Origin: Octopus vulgaris
Taxonomy: Eukaryota
Length of the DNA stretch: 64,000 bases
Direction: 5' to 3'
Assembly (NCBI GenBank): GCA_951406725.2
Contig: OX597820.1
Coordinates: forward strand, 117,304,001-117,368,000
Each line of letters begins with the position of its first letter. The stretch's first letter is position 1. Both the position numbers and the translations under genes were made by a program. The notes under the pieces were generated by a model, which worked only from the letters and a program-made list of their open reading frames with translations, did not search any database and was not told where the DNA came from. Of this stretch, positions 40,232 to 53,076 are shown one piece after another.

Positions 40232-40445
40232 CCCTTTTGTTACCATATTCCTGTGCTGTGTTTCTTTCAATTAATTTTAAATATAACAAAGAATTTAGTA
40301 AAATAACTTAGTTATCATTCAGGTAGTTGTTAGGAACATAAATTGTGACTAAGGTTTGGTGGAAAATTTTAAATCAAAACTTATGAAAACAAGACATTTG
40401 TACTACACAGCCAGAAGTGGTTTCAGCCGGGTTGTAATGAAAGGG
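40232..40445 (+). mobile_element. piggyBac-type MITE, family 1
   Basis: TTAA flanks, CCC/GGG ends, homologous body. Confidence 0.85.
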
Positions 40446-40982
40446 TTAATAATAGATCACTTAACTCTGTAGTTTAGCCTCAGGAAAGTAAACCTTGATT
40501 AAAAGGACCTATCTAAATGGTAATCATCCTATATTTTTTTTTCTCTTTAAGGTATCCAGGTGTGTATTATCCTAAATGTCTCCTGCACAGGTAAGGCTGT
40601 GAGATTGAGAGACTGGCTTCCCAACTATCTGGTTTTAGTTCCAGTGTTTTTCTACAATAGCCCCACCCCCCAAGCTGAACAAAGCCTTGTGAATGGATTT
40701 AGAAAACAGAAACTGAAAGAAGCCCACTCTATATGTATGTTTTTGTGTGTACCCTTGTCTTGATATCATATAATGGTTGTAAATGAGCAGCCTTGTCATA
40801 CAAGAGGGATTGTTTTCAGTCTTTTGTGCAAAACATGCCTAGCCATGAGGAAATATTACTTTGTTTGGAAACAGTTGAGGGTTGGTGACAGGAAGGGCAT
40901 CCAGCCATAGGAGAGATTTACCTCAACAAATTCTGTCTGACCCAATCAAGCAGGGAAAAGTGGATGTTAACAATAATGATGA

Positions 40983-41405
40983 TCAAAGAATCAAATCAAA
41001 ATCGATGAACATCAATGGAATTTGTAGTTTTGTGGTACCAGTGCCGGTGGCACATAAGAAAACCATCCGAACATGGCCGTAGCCAGTACCGTGTCGACTG
41101 GCCTCCGTGCTGGTGGCACGTAACAAACACCATCCGATCGTGGCCGTGCCAGCCTCGCCTGGACTCTGTGCCGGTGGCATGTAAAAAACACCATCTGAGC
41201 GTGGCCGTTCGCCAGCCTCGTCTGGCACCTGTGTCGGTGGCACATAAAAAACACCCACTACACTCACGGAGTGGTTGGCGTTAGGAAGGGCATCCAGCTG
41301 TAGAAACATTGCCAGATAAGACTGGAGCCTGGTGCAGCCTTCTGGCTTCCCAGATCCCCGGTCGAACCGTCCAACCCATGCTAGCATGGAAAGCGGACGT
41401 TAAAC

Positions 41406-41438
<33 letters not shown>

Positions 41439-41460
41439 AGCGATGATGACGATGATGATG
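40983..41460 (+). mobile_element. Retroposon family C
   Basis: Same tail and subrepeats; other copies at 5183-5325, 12925-13205, 38832-39000, 45320-45720, 49880-50100 and 50385-50850. Confidence 0.8.
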
Positions 41461-41637
41461 CGAATGTACAATTTGAAGGAGATCTGGCTACTATTACTTG
41501 CAGGTTGAGTGGCTGATGTAAAAGCCCCTTCATTGACTTGGGATAGATACAAACTCAGGTTCTAAAAGAAAATCCGACCAACACTATCAGCAATACTGTG
41601 AAATTACATTTTCCATTAGAATGGAATACTATGTTAA

Positions 41638-41858
41638 CCCTTTCATTACTGTATTTCTGTTGAGATGCTCTGTATTTCTTTCAATTACTTTAAATATAAC
41701 AAAGAATTTAGTAAAATAGCTTAGTTATCATTAAGGTAGTGTTTGCAACATAAATTGTGACTAAGGTTTGGTGGAAGATTTTAATTCAAAACTTATGAAA
41801 ACAAGACATTTGTACAACAGAGCCAGAGCCGGTTTCAGCCGGGTTGGTAATGAAAGGG
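41638..41858 (+). mobile_element. piggyBac-type MITE, family 1
   Basis: TTAA flanks, CCC/GGG ends, homologous body. Confidence 0.85.
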
Positions 41859-41942
41859 TTAAACTCTTTCTTGTTCATGCGGTGTGGCAACAGATGGAGC
41901 TAAATACACAACAAGGGAAAAGCAAATTTTTTTTTTTCAGAA

Positions 41943-42300
41943 GGCGCAGGAGTGGCTGTGTGGTAAGTAGCTTGCTAACCAACCACACGGTTGCGGGTTC
42001 AGTCCCACTGCGTGGCACCTTGGGCAAGTGTCTTCTGCTATAGTCCCGGGCCGACCAATGCCTTGTGAGTGGATTTGGTAGACGGAAACTGAAAGAAGCC
42101 TGTCATATATATGTATATATATGTATATGTTTGTGTGTCTGTGTTTGTCTCCCTAGCATTGCTTGACAACCGATGCTGGTGTGTTTACGTCCCCGTCACT
42201 TAGCGGTTCGGCAAAAAGAGACCGATAGAATAAGTACTAAAGGTGGTGCTCCAGCATGGCCGCAGTCAAATGACTGAAACAAGTAAAAGAGTAAAAGAGT
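41943..42300 (+). mobile_element. SINE family A
   Basis: Homolog with an internal deletion; older copy at 42590-42960. Confidence 0.85.
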
Positions 42301-43164
42301 AAGTGATTCTCTGATTGCAATGAAATTATAATACTCAGCAAACAGGGTCAGTGAGAATTAAATGTCTCCGTCACCCAGTCACCCACCAACGTCAGTGTGA
42401 CTGCTTCTATAGAAACTAACAAACCTACAACATGTAATCCAGTACAACGACCTAATTTCTTTCAATTGCATAAAGACAATGGCTTTCACATATCAATGAA
42501 ACTAACTAGCTAAAGAGTGAAGGGTCAATACCAGTTTCTCAGTTTGCTAGAAATAGCAGTCAAATTTATCTAAAATCTTACTCTATATGTAGGCGTGTCT
42601 GTGCGGTAAGAAGTTTGCTTCTCAACCACATGGTTCCGGGTTCAGTCCCATTGCGTGGCACCTTGGGCAAGTGTCTTCTATAGCCTCATATCAACCAAAG
42701 TCTTGTGAGTGGATTTTGTAGATGGAAACTGAAAAGAAGCCTGTCATATACATACATGTGTGTGAGTGTGTCTTTGTGTCTGTGTTTGGTCTCCCCACCA
42801 CTGCTAGATAACCCGTGTTGGTTTGATTATGTCCCTTTCACTTAGCAGTTCAGCCAAAGAGATTGCTAGGACAAGTCCTGGGGTCAATTCATCAGACTAA
42901 GAACTCTCCAAGGTGGTGCCCCAGCATGGCCGCAGTCTACTGACTGAAACAGGTGAAAGACATGCTTTGAAGAAAGGAAGAACATATCAAGTGATAGGTC
43001 GGCTCAGTCAAGGCTTAACAGGAACCAAACAATTGAAAGACTTGGATGGAAACCTTTCTAGTTTCATGAATAACACCATAAACAAAATGACCCCACAAAA
43101 GGCTGAAATTCTTTTCAGGGGCCAGCAGATACTTCATGCTTGGCTATTTGCTGACTTTTTATTC

Positions 43165-43520
43165 TGTTAACCAAAAAGTTAACTTCAATAACTGTTAATC
43201 AGTTAATTGCTAATGTAATGGAAGTTATCGGTAAACCATTAACGTTAATTTTTATTATAGAAAAAAAACTCAGTTTTTGTTCTAAGTCCACCTAAAAACA
43301 CATTTAAAAAGTGCCAAAACTGTAAAATCCGTTAACTTCAATTGAATTGAAATCAACAAAAGTTAACTCAAGTTGACTTGAGTTAACGGAAGTTAAATGT
43401 AATGGAAGTTAATTAGTCCGATAATGATTTCCAAAGTTAACTTACAAGGTAATCGTTAACGAAAATGTTGACTTCGTTAATTAACAATCAATGGATTAAT
43501 GGTTTGGTACCCAAGTTTGT
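43165..43520. repeat. GTTAAC/GTTAAT-rich element, probable hAT MITE remnant
   Basis: Dense short palindromic subterminal-type repeats ending ggtacccaagtttg. Confidence 0.4.
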
Positions 43521-43965
43521 GTATGTGTGTGTCCCACTAACACTTGGCAACCGGTGTTGGTGCATTTATGTCCCCTTAACTTAGCAGTTTGGCAAAGAGA
43601 CCAATAGAATCAGTACTAAACTTAAAAATAGAGAAGGAATGAAGAAGATTCATTGCACTAAAAGATTCTTCAAGGCAGTGCCCCAGCGTGGCCGCAGTCT
43701 AATGACTGAAACAAGTAAAAGATAAAAAAATATTCTCCCCCCCCCTATGATCCCCTTTGATTGCTATTCTACTCTACTGGACCCCTGTAGCCATTCAATG
43801 TTTAAAGAGGTCCCATAATATTTTTATAATTAATTATTATTGGGAAGTGTATTAAAAAAAAAAACTGTTGAAATATTTTCTGTATTGTAAAAGTATCTCC
43901 TAATTTTAACAGCAAAATCTTATGCAAACCCCCAAGGGCCAACTGGACCCTACTTGGAAACCACT

Positions 43966-44625
43966 CATCATCATCATTGTTTAAAGTCTACCTTCCATGC
44001 TGGCATGGATTGGACGGTTTGACTGAAGTCTGGAAATCCAGGAGGCTGCACCAGGCTCCAATCCGATCTGGCAAAGTTTCTACAGCTGGATGCCCTTCCT
44101 AACGCCAACCACTCAGAGAGTGTAGTGGGTGCTTTTTAAGTGCCACCAGCACAGGGGCCAGTCAGGCAACACTGGCATAGACCATGCATAAATGGTGCTT
44201 TTTAAGTGCCACCAACACAGGGGCCAGTCAGGCAACACTGGCATAGACCATGCATAAATGGTGCTTTTACGTGCCACCAGCACAGGGGCCAGTCAGGCAA
44301 CACTGGCATAGACCATGCATAAATGGTGCTTTTTAAGTGCCACCAACACAGGGGCCAGTCAGGCAACACTGGCATAGACCATGCATAAATGGTGCTTTTA
44401 CGTGCCACCAGCACAGGGGCCAGTCAGGCAACACTGGCATAGACCATGCATAAATGGTGCTTTTTAAGTGCCACCAGCACGGGGTTCAGTCAGGCAACAC
44501 TGGCATAGACCATGCATAAATGGTGCTTTTTAAGTGCCACCAACACAGGGGCCAGTCAGGCAACACTGGCATAGACCATGCATAAATGGTGCTTTTACGT
44601 GCCACCAGCATGGGAGCCAATCAGT
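43966..44625 (-). mobile_element. Retroposon family C with a homogeneous ~8 x 60/61-bp internal array
   Basis: Unit ggtgcttttt(a)agtgccaccagcacaggggccagtcaggcaacactggcatagaccatgcataaat at 44128-44610. Confidence 0.85.
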
Positions 44626-44636
44626 CAGTTAGATAG

Positions 44637-44673
<37 letters not shown>

Positions 44674-45797
44674 ATGGTTTTTGTACAGTTCCTATCTCAC
44701 CAATTCCAACCACTAAGTACAAGTCAACTGATGACCATAGTGGAAGAGACTGGCCCCCAGGTACCACACAGCTGGACTGAACCAGGATCATGTTTAAAAT
44801 AAACTTCTCACTTGCCCCAAACTTGCCTCTGCCCAGGATTGACCTGGTGTGAACACTAACAACAACAACAACAACAACAACATCCTCTCATTGTATGTTT
44901 CATTACCACCACTTCACAACTCTTTGTATTAATTGAAATGTTAACTTAATTGCTTTTAATAGCTCTAAGTAGCTTTTAAGTATTTCTACTTAGCTGAAAT
45001 TTAATCCATTCATGACCAAATCTCTGATGAAATACATTATGGATTTCAAAGAATTCTCAAAAATAACCAAGAATTTGGAAAGATTTTGTAAAAAAAGATT
45101 TTGTCATTAGTAAACTAGTGTATAAGGCCGAATGACTAGCATGCTTAACATTGAGTTCAATCAGGGACAACTTTGCCATGCATCCTTTCTGGGCCAATAA
45201 AATAAGTACCCGCTGAACACTGAAGTCAATGTAACTGACTCCCCCCCACCCCCGAAATTGCTGGCCTAGTGCTAAAATTTGAAGCCATTATTAAACTGGT
45301 GTTTGGAATCTAATTCCACATCATCATCATTTAATGTCCGCTTTCCATGCTGGCATGGGTTGGATGGTTTGACTGAGGTCTGGCAAGCAAGGAGGCTGCA
45401 CCAGGTTCCAATCTGATCTGGCAAGGTTTCTACAGCTGGATGCCCTTTTAATGTCAACCACTTCGAGAGTAGTGGGTGCTTTTTATGTGCCACCAGTATG
45501 AGGGCTAGTCAAGCATCACTGGAATCGACCACACTCAAATGGTGCTTTTTACGTGCCATCGGCATGGGAGCCAGTCAGGTGGCACTGGCAACAACCATAC
45601 TCAAATGGTGCTTCTTATGTGTCACTAGCATGGGAGCCAGTCAGGTGGCACTGGCAATGACCATGCTTGAATAGTGTTTTTTACGTGCCACTGGTACAGG
45701 TGCCAACCCAGCCATATCTGACCCAATCAGTTGTCACTTTGAAAACTATATATTTCGAATGGGAATTTAACAGCACCATCTCTAGCCGAACAATTAT

Positions 45798-45842
45798 TCT
45801 GTGCTGATGAAGGGAAATAACCCGGAAATCGCAATACACAGA
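45798..45842 (+). ncRNA. Minimal hammerhead ribozyme motif (solo)
   Basis: tctgtg-CTGATGA-a ggg aaataa ccc g-GAAA-tcgcaa-TA-cacaga: 6-bp stem I; stem III is one change from the palindrome tcgcga. Confidence 0.65.
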
Positions 45843-46419
45843 TATTGTTTTGAGCTGAGTGGGGATGCTAGATTCCCTTGTTCGAAAATATAAGGACACA
45901 GATCATGTTGTATAGCCAGCTGGAGATGATGTCTCCCGGGGCTAAATTGCAGCAACATTCGTCCTAAACCAAGACTGCCATGTTATGTTGGCAAACAATC
46001 TTTACTCATAATTTATTTATTTATTCTTTTCCCTCAGAATTTTTATTCATCTTTGATTGCTCTTTCTTTTGTAGTTTCAACTTTCACCCCCACCTCTTTA
46101 TTAAACTCCACTTCGTTTTTATCATTTATCACAGAATTTTTTTCCTAAATCAAACTAAAAACTACAATTAATCGTACACAAACATAAATATATTCATTTA
46201 TTCATTTGGCTCTCATTGTGCTTTGTGACACTTGAGACGGCAGCAAGATCATTCCACCTGCTAACACTTGAAGCATCCTTGACAGCTTATTCCATTGTTA
46301 ACCCTCAGCGTTTAAGATCTTTTGTCATTATTCTCCACCACTTTTCCTTTGGTCGGCCATATCTTCTTTTACCAAATACTCGAACAATCCCATGAATGGC
46401 ACTCATCTTTGTGCATACC

Positions 46420-46854
46420 GTTTGTTGACTTTGAAAAATCTTTCAATAGCTTTCACTGACCGACCTACCGGCATACATGCATACGTACATACATGCATAC
46501 ACATACATACATACACACACATACATACACACACATACACATACATACACCCCTCAACACATACACATACATACACACACACCCCAACACACACACACAT
46601 ACACACACACCCCAACACACACATATATACACCCCCAACACACACATACATACACCCCCCAACACACACACATACATACACATACACACACACACATACA
46701 TATTAATTACTGGTGAAGGCTGGTTTATAGGGTTACCCTATAAACCAGCCTTCACCAGTAATTAATATGTATGTATGTGTGTGTGTGTGTGTGTATGTGT
46801 GGTGTGTATATATGTATGTATGTGTGTGTATGTATGTATGTGTGTGTGTATGTA

Positions 46855-46905
<51 letters not shown>

Positions 46906-46968
46906 ATGCATGTATGTATGTATGTCAGTCGGTGAAAGCTATTGAAAGATTTTTCAAAGTCAACAAAC
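46420..46968. repeat. Long palindrome (inverted duplication) centred at 46734
   Basis: Outer arms gtttgttgactttgaaaaatctttcaatagctttcac / gtgaaagctattgaaagatttttcaaagtcaacaaac, CA vs TG tracts, and a perfect inner hairpin with a 1-nt loop. Confidence 0.9.
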
Positions 46969-47419
46969 ACTTGCCCACGTGGTTGGGAAGAAAGTTTCTT
47001 GACCACACAACCAGGCCAAAAATGGTATGAAATGAACAATGAAAAAAGAATAAAAAAGAAATGAAAACAAAGGTAAAAATAAAAACCTGAAGTGAATTTA
47101 ATATTAAGCTGTGTGAGTTTTTATAATCCAGTCTCACATCTCATGGACATTTCTAGAGGGAATAAATACTTTGTCTAACTCTTACCTGCCCTCACAACTG
47201 CAATGCTCATGTGGACCACCTCTCTTTTAGTGCCTATATGCTGCCCCCCCTCCCCCCACCATCCCATACCTGCCACACACCTTGTCACTAATTAAGGTAA
47301 AGAACTTGAAATGATCAATAACTGTCATCGAAGGACAATAATTATGGGAGAAGTGGGGTGGGGTGGGGGTTGTAAAGTATATGTTATAGAGGGGGAGAGA
47401 GAGAGAGGGAGGGAGGGAG

Positions 47420-48152
47420 GAAGAGATAGGTAGACAGCTATATATATAGAGAGAGAGAAGGAGAAAGAGATAGATAGATAGCTATATATATAGAGAGAAA
47501 GAGGAGAAAGAGATAGATAGATAGCTATATATAGAGAGAGAAGGAGAAAGAGATAGATAGATAGCTATATAGAGAGAAAGAGGAGAAAGAGATAGGTAGA
47601 TAGCTATATATATAGAGAGAGAGAAGGAGAAAGAGATAGGTAGATAGCTATATATAGAGAGAGAAAGAGGAGAAAGAGATAGATAGATAGCTATATATAG
47701 AGAGAGAGAAGGAGAAAGAGATAGATAGATAGCTATATATAGAGAGAGAAAGAGGAGAAAGAGATAGATAGATAGCTATATATAGAGAGAGAGAAGGAGA
47801 AAGAGATAGATAGATAGCTATATATATAGAGAGAGAGAAGGAGAAAGAGATAGATAGATAGCTATATATAGAGAGAGAAAGAGGAGAAAGAGATAGATAG
47901 ACAGCTATATATAGAGAGAAGGAGAAAGAGATAGGTAGATAGCTATATATATATAGAGAGAGGAGAAAGAGATAGATAGACAGCTATATATATAGAGAGA
48001 GAGAGGAGAAAGAGATAGATAGATAGCTATATATAGAGAGAGGAGAAAGAGATAGATAGACAGCTATATATATAGAGAGAGAGAGAGGAAAAAGAGATAG
48101 ATAGACAGCTATATATATAGAGAGAGAGAGGGGAGAAAGAGATAGGTAGCTA
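47420..48152. repeat. Purine-rich ~40-44-bp compound minisatellite
   Basis: aggagaaagagatagatagatagctatatatagagagag repeated. Confidence 0.9.
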
Positions 48153-48680
48153 TAAGGATAAATACATAGAAAGAGAGAGAGAGAGAGAGAGATACAGAGA
48201 GGTAGATAGAGAGAGGGAGGGTAAAAGAGAAAGATAGATAGCTGTATAGATGAGATGATGTTAACGACAATAGACCAGGTGAAGATTCCAGTAAAAATGG
48301 AAATACTGATCGTTCACCTGTCAATGGCTGCTCTTACTGCTAACAACCCACTTGCGACAGACCCGGCTTCCAAGATACAAAACCAGCTTGATTAAGCTAT
48401 TCATATTCAAATTGGAAAGTTGCTATTTTAATTTTATGGAAGAATTTTAAAAATTATACTCCAAGCACCAACTTACGTAAAAAGTTGCTTATCTTATTTC
48501 ATATCAAACCACATAGTTGATTACAAAATTTTTCCCCTAATTCACTAAAATATGCATATATTGCATAAAAATATGGTACCAAGGTATGGCTGTGAGGTTA
48601 AGAAGCTTACTTTGCAACGAAATGGATTTCACTTCAGTGCCATTCCAAGTATCTTCGTTATAGCTCTAAGCCAACCGCAT

Positions 48681-49806
48681 ACCTATTTCTCTACTACCCA
48701 CAAGGGGCTAAACACAGAGAGGACAAACAAGGACAGACAAACGGATTAAGTTGATTATATCGACACCAGTGCGTAACTGGTACTTAATTTATCGACCCCG
48801 AAAGGATGAAAGGCAAAGTTGACCTCGGCGGAATGTGAACTCAGAACGTAGCAGCAGACGAAATACCTATTTCTTTACTACCCACAAGGGGCTAAACACA
48901 GAGAGGACAAACAACGACAGACAAACGGATTAAGTTGATTATATCGACCCCAGTGCGTAACTGGTACTTAATTTATCGACCCTGAAAAGATGAAAGGCAA
49001 AGTCAACCTCGGCGGAATTTGAACTCACAACGTAGCGGCAGACGAAATACCTATTTCTTTACTAGCCACAAGGGGCTAAACACAGAAAGGACAAACAAAG
49101 GGATTAAGTTGATTATATCGACCCCAGTGCGTAACTGGTACTTAATTTATCGACCCCGAAAGGATGAAAGGCAAAGTCGACCTCGGCGGAATTTGAACTC
49201 ACAACGTAGCGGCAGACGAAATACCTATTTCTTTACTAGCCACAAGGGGCTAAACACAGAAAGGACAAACAAAGGGATTAAGTTGATTATATCGACCCCA
49301 GTGCGTAACTGGTACTTAATTTATCGACCCTGAAAAGATGAAAGGCAAAGTCAACCTCGGCGGAATTTGAACTCACAACGTAGCGGCAGACGAAATACCT
49401 ATTTCTTTACTAGCCACAAGGGGCTAAACACAGAAAGGACAAACAAAGAGATTAAGTTGATTATATCGACCCCAGTGCGTAACTGGTACTTAATTTATCG
49501 ACCCCGAAAGGATGAAAGGCAAAGTCGACCTCGGCGGAATTTGAACTCACAACGTAGCGGCAGACGAAATACCTATTTCTTTACTAGCCACAAGGGGCTA
49601 AGCACAGAGAGGACAAACAAGGACAGACAAATGGATTAAGTTGATTATATCGACCCCAGTGCGTAACTGGTACAAAATTTATCGACCCCGAAAGGATGAA
49701 AGGCAGAGTCGACCTCGGCGGAATTTGAACTCACAACGTAGCAGCAGACGAAATACGGCTAAGCATTTCGCCCGGCGTGCTAACGATTCTGCCAGCTTTG
49801 CACCTT
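48681..49806 (-). mobile_element. SINE family B, tandem hexamer with one TSD
   Basis: Units start at 48681, 48865, 49049, 49223, 49397 and 49571; flanks taagccaaccg(c/a)atacct on both sides. Confidence 0.88.
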
Positions 49807-50900
49807 AAGCCAACCGAATACCTTGCAAATGAATCTGATGGACAGAAACTCTGTGGAAGTCTGCCACATACATGCATATCATCATCATTTATTGTCTGTT
49901 TTCCATGCTGGCATGGGTTGGACGGTTTGACAGGAGCTGGCCAAACTCCATCAGCCTCTGTTTTGGCATGGTTTCTACGGCTGGATGCTCTTCCTAATGC
50001 CAACCACTTTTTGCAGAGTATACTGGATGCTTTTTATGTGTTTTCTTATGTGGCATCGGCATACATGCTTTCAACGTGGCACCAGCACAGGTGCTTTTTA
50101 CATGTGTGCTTCTGTGTTCCCCCCCACCCCATTGTTTGATATCTGGTGTTGGTTTGTTTACATCCCTGTAACTTAGTAGTTCAATAAAAAAACACTGATG
50201 GAATGAGTACCAAACTTTGAAAAAATTTGCTCCTACTAAAATCCTTTAGGCCCCAGCATGGCCACAGTCCAATGACTGAAACAATCAATAGATAAAAGAC
50301 AGTAGAGCTAAATTTAAGTTTTTATCTAAAATTCAACAGAAGAAATACTAAAATGGTTTCCGACATAACTTGCTGTTGTGATCATCATCATCATCATCAT
50401 CATCGTTTAGCGTCCGTTTTCCATGCTAGCATGGGTTGGACGGTTTAACTGGGGTCTGTGAAGCCAGAAGGCTTCATCAGGCCCAGTCAAATCTGGCAGT
50501 GTTTCTACGGCTGGATGCCCTTCCTAATGCCAACCACTCCGTGAGTGTAGTGGGTGCTTTTTACGTGCCACCCACACAGGTGCCAGACAGAGCTGGCAAA
50601 CGGCCACGAACAGATGGTGCTTTTTATGTGCCACCGGCACGAGGGCCAGGTGAGGCTGGCAACGGACACGAAACGGGGCGGTGCTGGCAACGGTCGCGAA
50701 ACGGAAGGTTCTCTTACATGCCACCGGCACTGGTAACACATCTGCAATTTCCATTGATCGATTTCCATTGATCGATTTCGATTCTGATCCTCACTTGCCT
50801 CAACAGGTCTTCACAAGTAGAGTTTTGTGTCCCAAGAAGGGAAGGTATGCATGGTTTTGGAATAACACAGGTCACAGAACAGCAAAATAAATTCCTTTCA

Positions 50901-51189
50901 CAGTTCTATATTTAAGAGATGAGGAATTATTTACATTATTTACATTCGACGGATATTTGTCCTCATCTTGTTTGTTGTTAACACAACATTTCGGCTGAGA
51001 TACCCCCCCAGCCTTCATCAGGTGTTTTGAGGAAATAACATAAAAAAATACCTTAGGAATGAGAACCCAGGTTTGAAATTTCCCCCAAGACACCTGATGA
51101 AGGCTGGAGAATGTATCGGCCGAAACGTTGTGTTAACAACAAACAAGATGAGGACAAGAATCTGTCAAATGTAAATAATGTAAATAATG
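50901..51189. mobile_element. Head-to-head pair of the same hammerhead repeat family with a 13-bp TSD
   Basis: taaattcctttca at 50888-50900 and 51190-51202. Hammerheads at 50981-51025 (-) and 51090-51133 (+). Confidence 0.8.
51090..51133 (+). ncRNA. Minimal type-I hammerhead ribozyme
   Basis: acac-CTGATGA-a-ggctg gagaatgtat cggcc-GAAA-cg-TT-gtgt. Confidence 0.8.
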
Positions 51190-52575
51190 TAAATTCCTTT
51201 CAGCTCTTCATTTCTGTCTCCAATTTGACTTAAATCCAGCAAAGGTCAACTTTTGATTTTCACCCCTCTGGGATTATTAAAATAATTAGCCGGAATTAAA
51301 TTGGTTCAATTAACAATTTTATTACCCATTTCTTGCTCTAACCAATTTATGGCTTCAATCCAAAGTAAGAAACTATTTTCTTTTGGCTCTTGTTTCAGTC
51401 ATTTGACTGTGGCCATGCTGGGGCACTGCTTTCAAAGGTTTTAATCAACCTCAGTACTGCTACTCACAAAACTTTGATCAGATTGGCCTATGGCATATGC
51501 CAAAACCACACGGTTGCAAAATGAACCTTTTAACTGCCCAACCATGCTTTTTATTCTTTTTATTTGTTTCACTCATTTGACTGTGGCCATGCAGGAGCAC
51601 CACCTTTAGTCGAACAAATTTACCCCAGGACTTATTCATTGTAAGCCTAGTACTTACTCTATTGGTCTCTTTTGCTGAACCGCTAAGTTACGGGGGATGC
51701 AAACACCAACATCAGTTGTCAAGTGATGGTGGGGGGTACAAACACAGACAAACATATATATATATACAACAGGCTTCTTTCAGTTTCTGTTTACCAAATC
51801 CACTCACAAGGCTTTGGTCGGTACAAGGCTATAGTAGAAGACACTTACCCAAGGTGCCATGCAGTTGGGATTGAACCTGGAACCATGTGGTTGGTAAGCA
51901 AGCTACTTTATTTCATTCAATTTGCCATCAAGGCATTACATAGAATAAGTAGCTGCAGGCTGGACAATAACATTAATGAGATGAATGATGAAAAAAAAAA
52001 TGGTATTAATGAGGGAAGGCAGAAGACGCTTGCCGATCTCTGCTTCTCTAAAACATTGTTCTTTTATAAAACACAGAATTTGGGGTAATAAACCTCTTAC
52101 TAATGTTCCATTGGACACAAGGTCCTTACAATGAGACACTAGACCTCTTACATTTTCTCTAATGGGCCATATGTCCTTTCAGTATGAGGCACTCAGCCTC
52201 TTAATTTTTACTATTTTCCACCCTGCCAGCACCTGAGCAGGGCACCTTAATTGGAAGCAGAATACATTTTCTGGGAAGAAATTTATTACCTTGAAAAGAT
52301 CTGTGTCTGAGATGACCTCCACAGCTACCTGTGGAGGCCATCCAGGATCTTTAATGTAGGTTATGTCTCCTCCCCTGGCAAACTTTTTAGTAAACTTTCC
52401 CACTGCCTCTCCCCTGCAGAAGACCAAAATTTCCTCCTCCACAACTTCCACTGTCGGTGGCACAATTCCCAACGACGGGGAACATGTCGGCAGTGTATTA
52501 ACCATTGGCATAGCCCTGTTTTTCTTCTTTTTCCTCCCCATTGCTACGGAGGTGGTGTAGTTCCTCCGCTTTAAC

Positions 52576-53076
52576 CGTAACTGGTACTTATTTAATCGAC
52601 CCCGAAAGGATGAAAGGCAAAGTCGACCTCGGTGGAATTTGAACTCACAACGTAGCGGCAGACGAAATACCTATTTCTTTACTACCCACAAGGGGCTAAG
52701 CACAGAGAGGACAAACAAGGGGATTAAGTCGATTATATCAACCCCAGTGCGAAACTGGTACTTATTTAATCGACCCCGAAAGGATGAAAAGCAAAGTCGA
52801 CCTCGGCGGAATTTGAACTCAGAACGTAGCAGCAGACGAAATACCTATTTCTCTACTACCCACAAGGGGCTAAGCACAGAGAGGACAAACAAGGACAGAC
52901 AGACGGATTAAGTCGATTATATCAACCCCAGTGCGTAACTGGTACTTATTTAATCGACCCCGAAAGGATGAAAGGCAAAGACGACCTCAACGGAATTTGA
53001 ACTCAGAACGTAATGGCAGACGAAATACGGCTAAGCATTTTGTCCGGCATGCTAACGTTTCTGCCAGCTCGCCGCT
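52576..53076 (-). mobile_element. SINE family B, tandem trimer (last unit partial)
   Basis: Same junctions as 48681-49806. Confidence 0.8.

Noticed and set aside
49019-49639. Repeated ORFs MNSQRSGRRNTYFF
   Set aside because: Antisense translations of the SINE B concatemer.
52140-52560. 120-aa minus-strand ORF as an HS6ST exon
   Set aside because: No HS6ST motifs. A frameshifted C...KGHM..C suggests a decayed LINE ORF1 zinc knuckle, but this is too weak to call.
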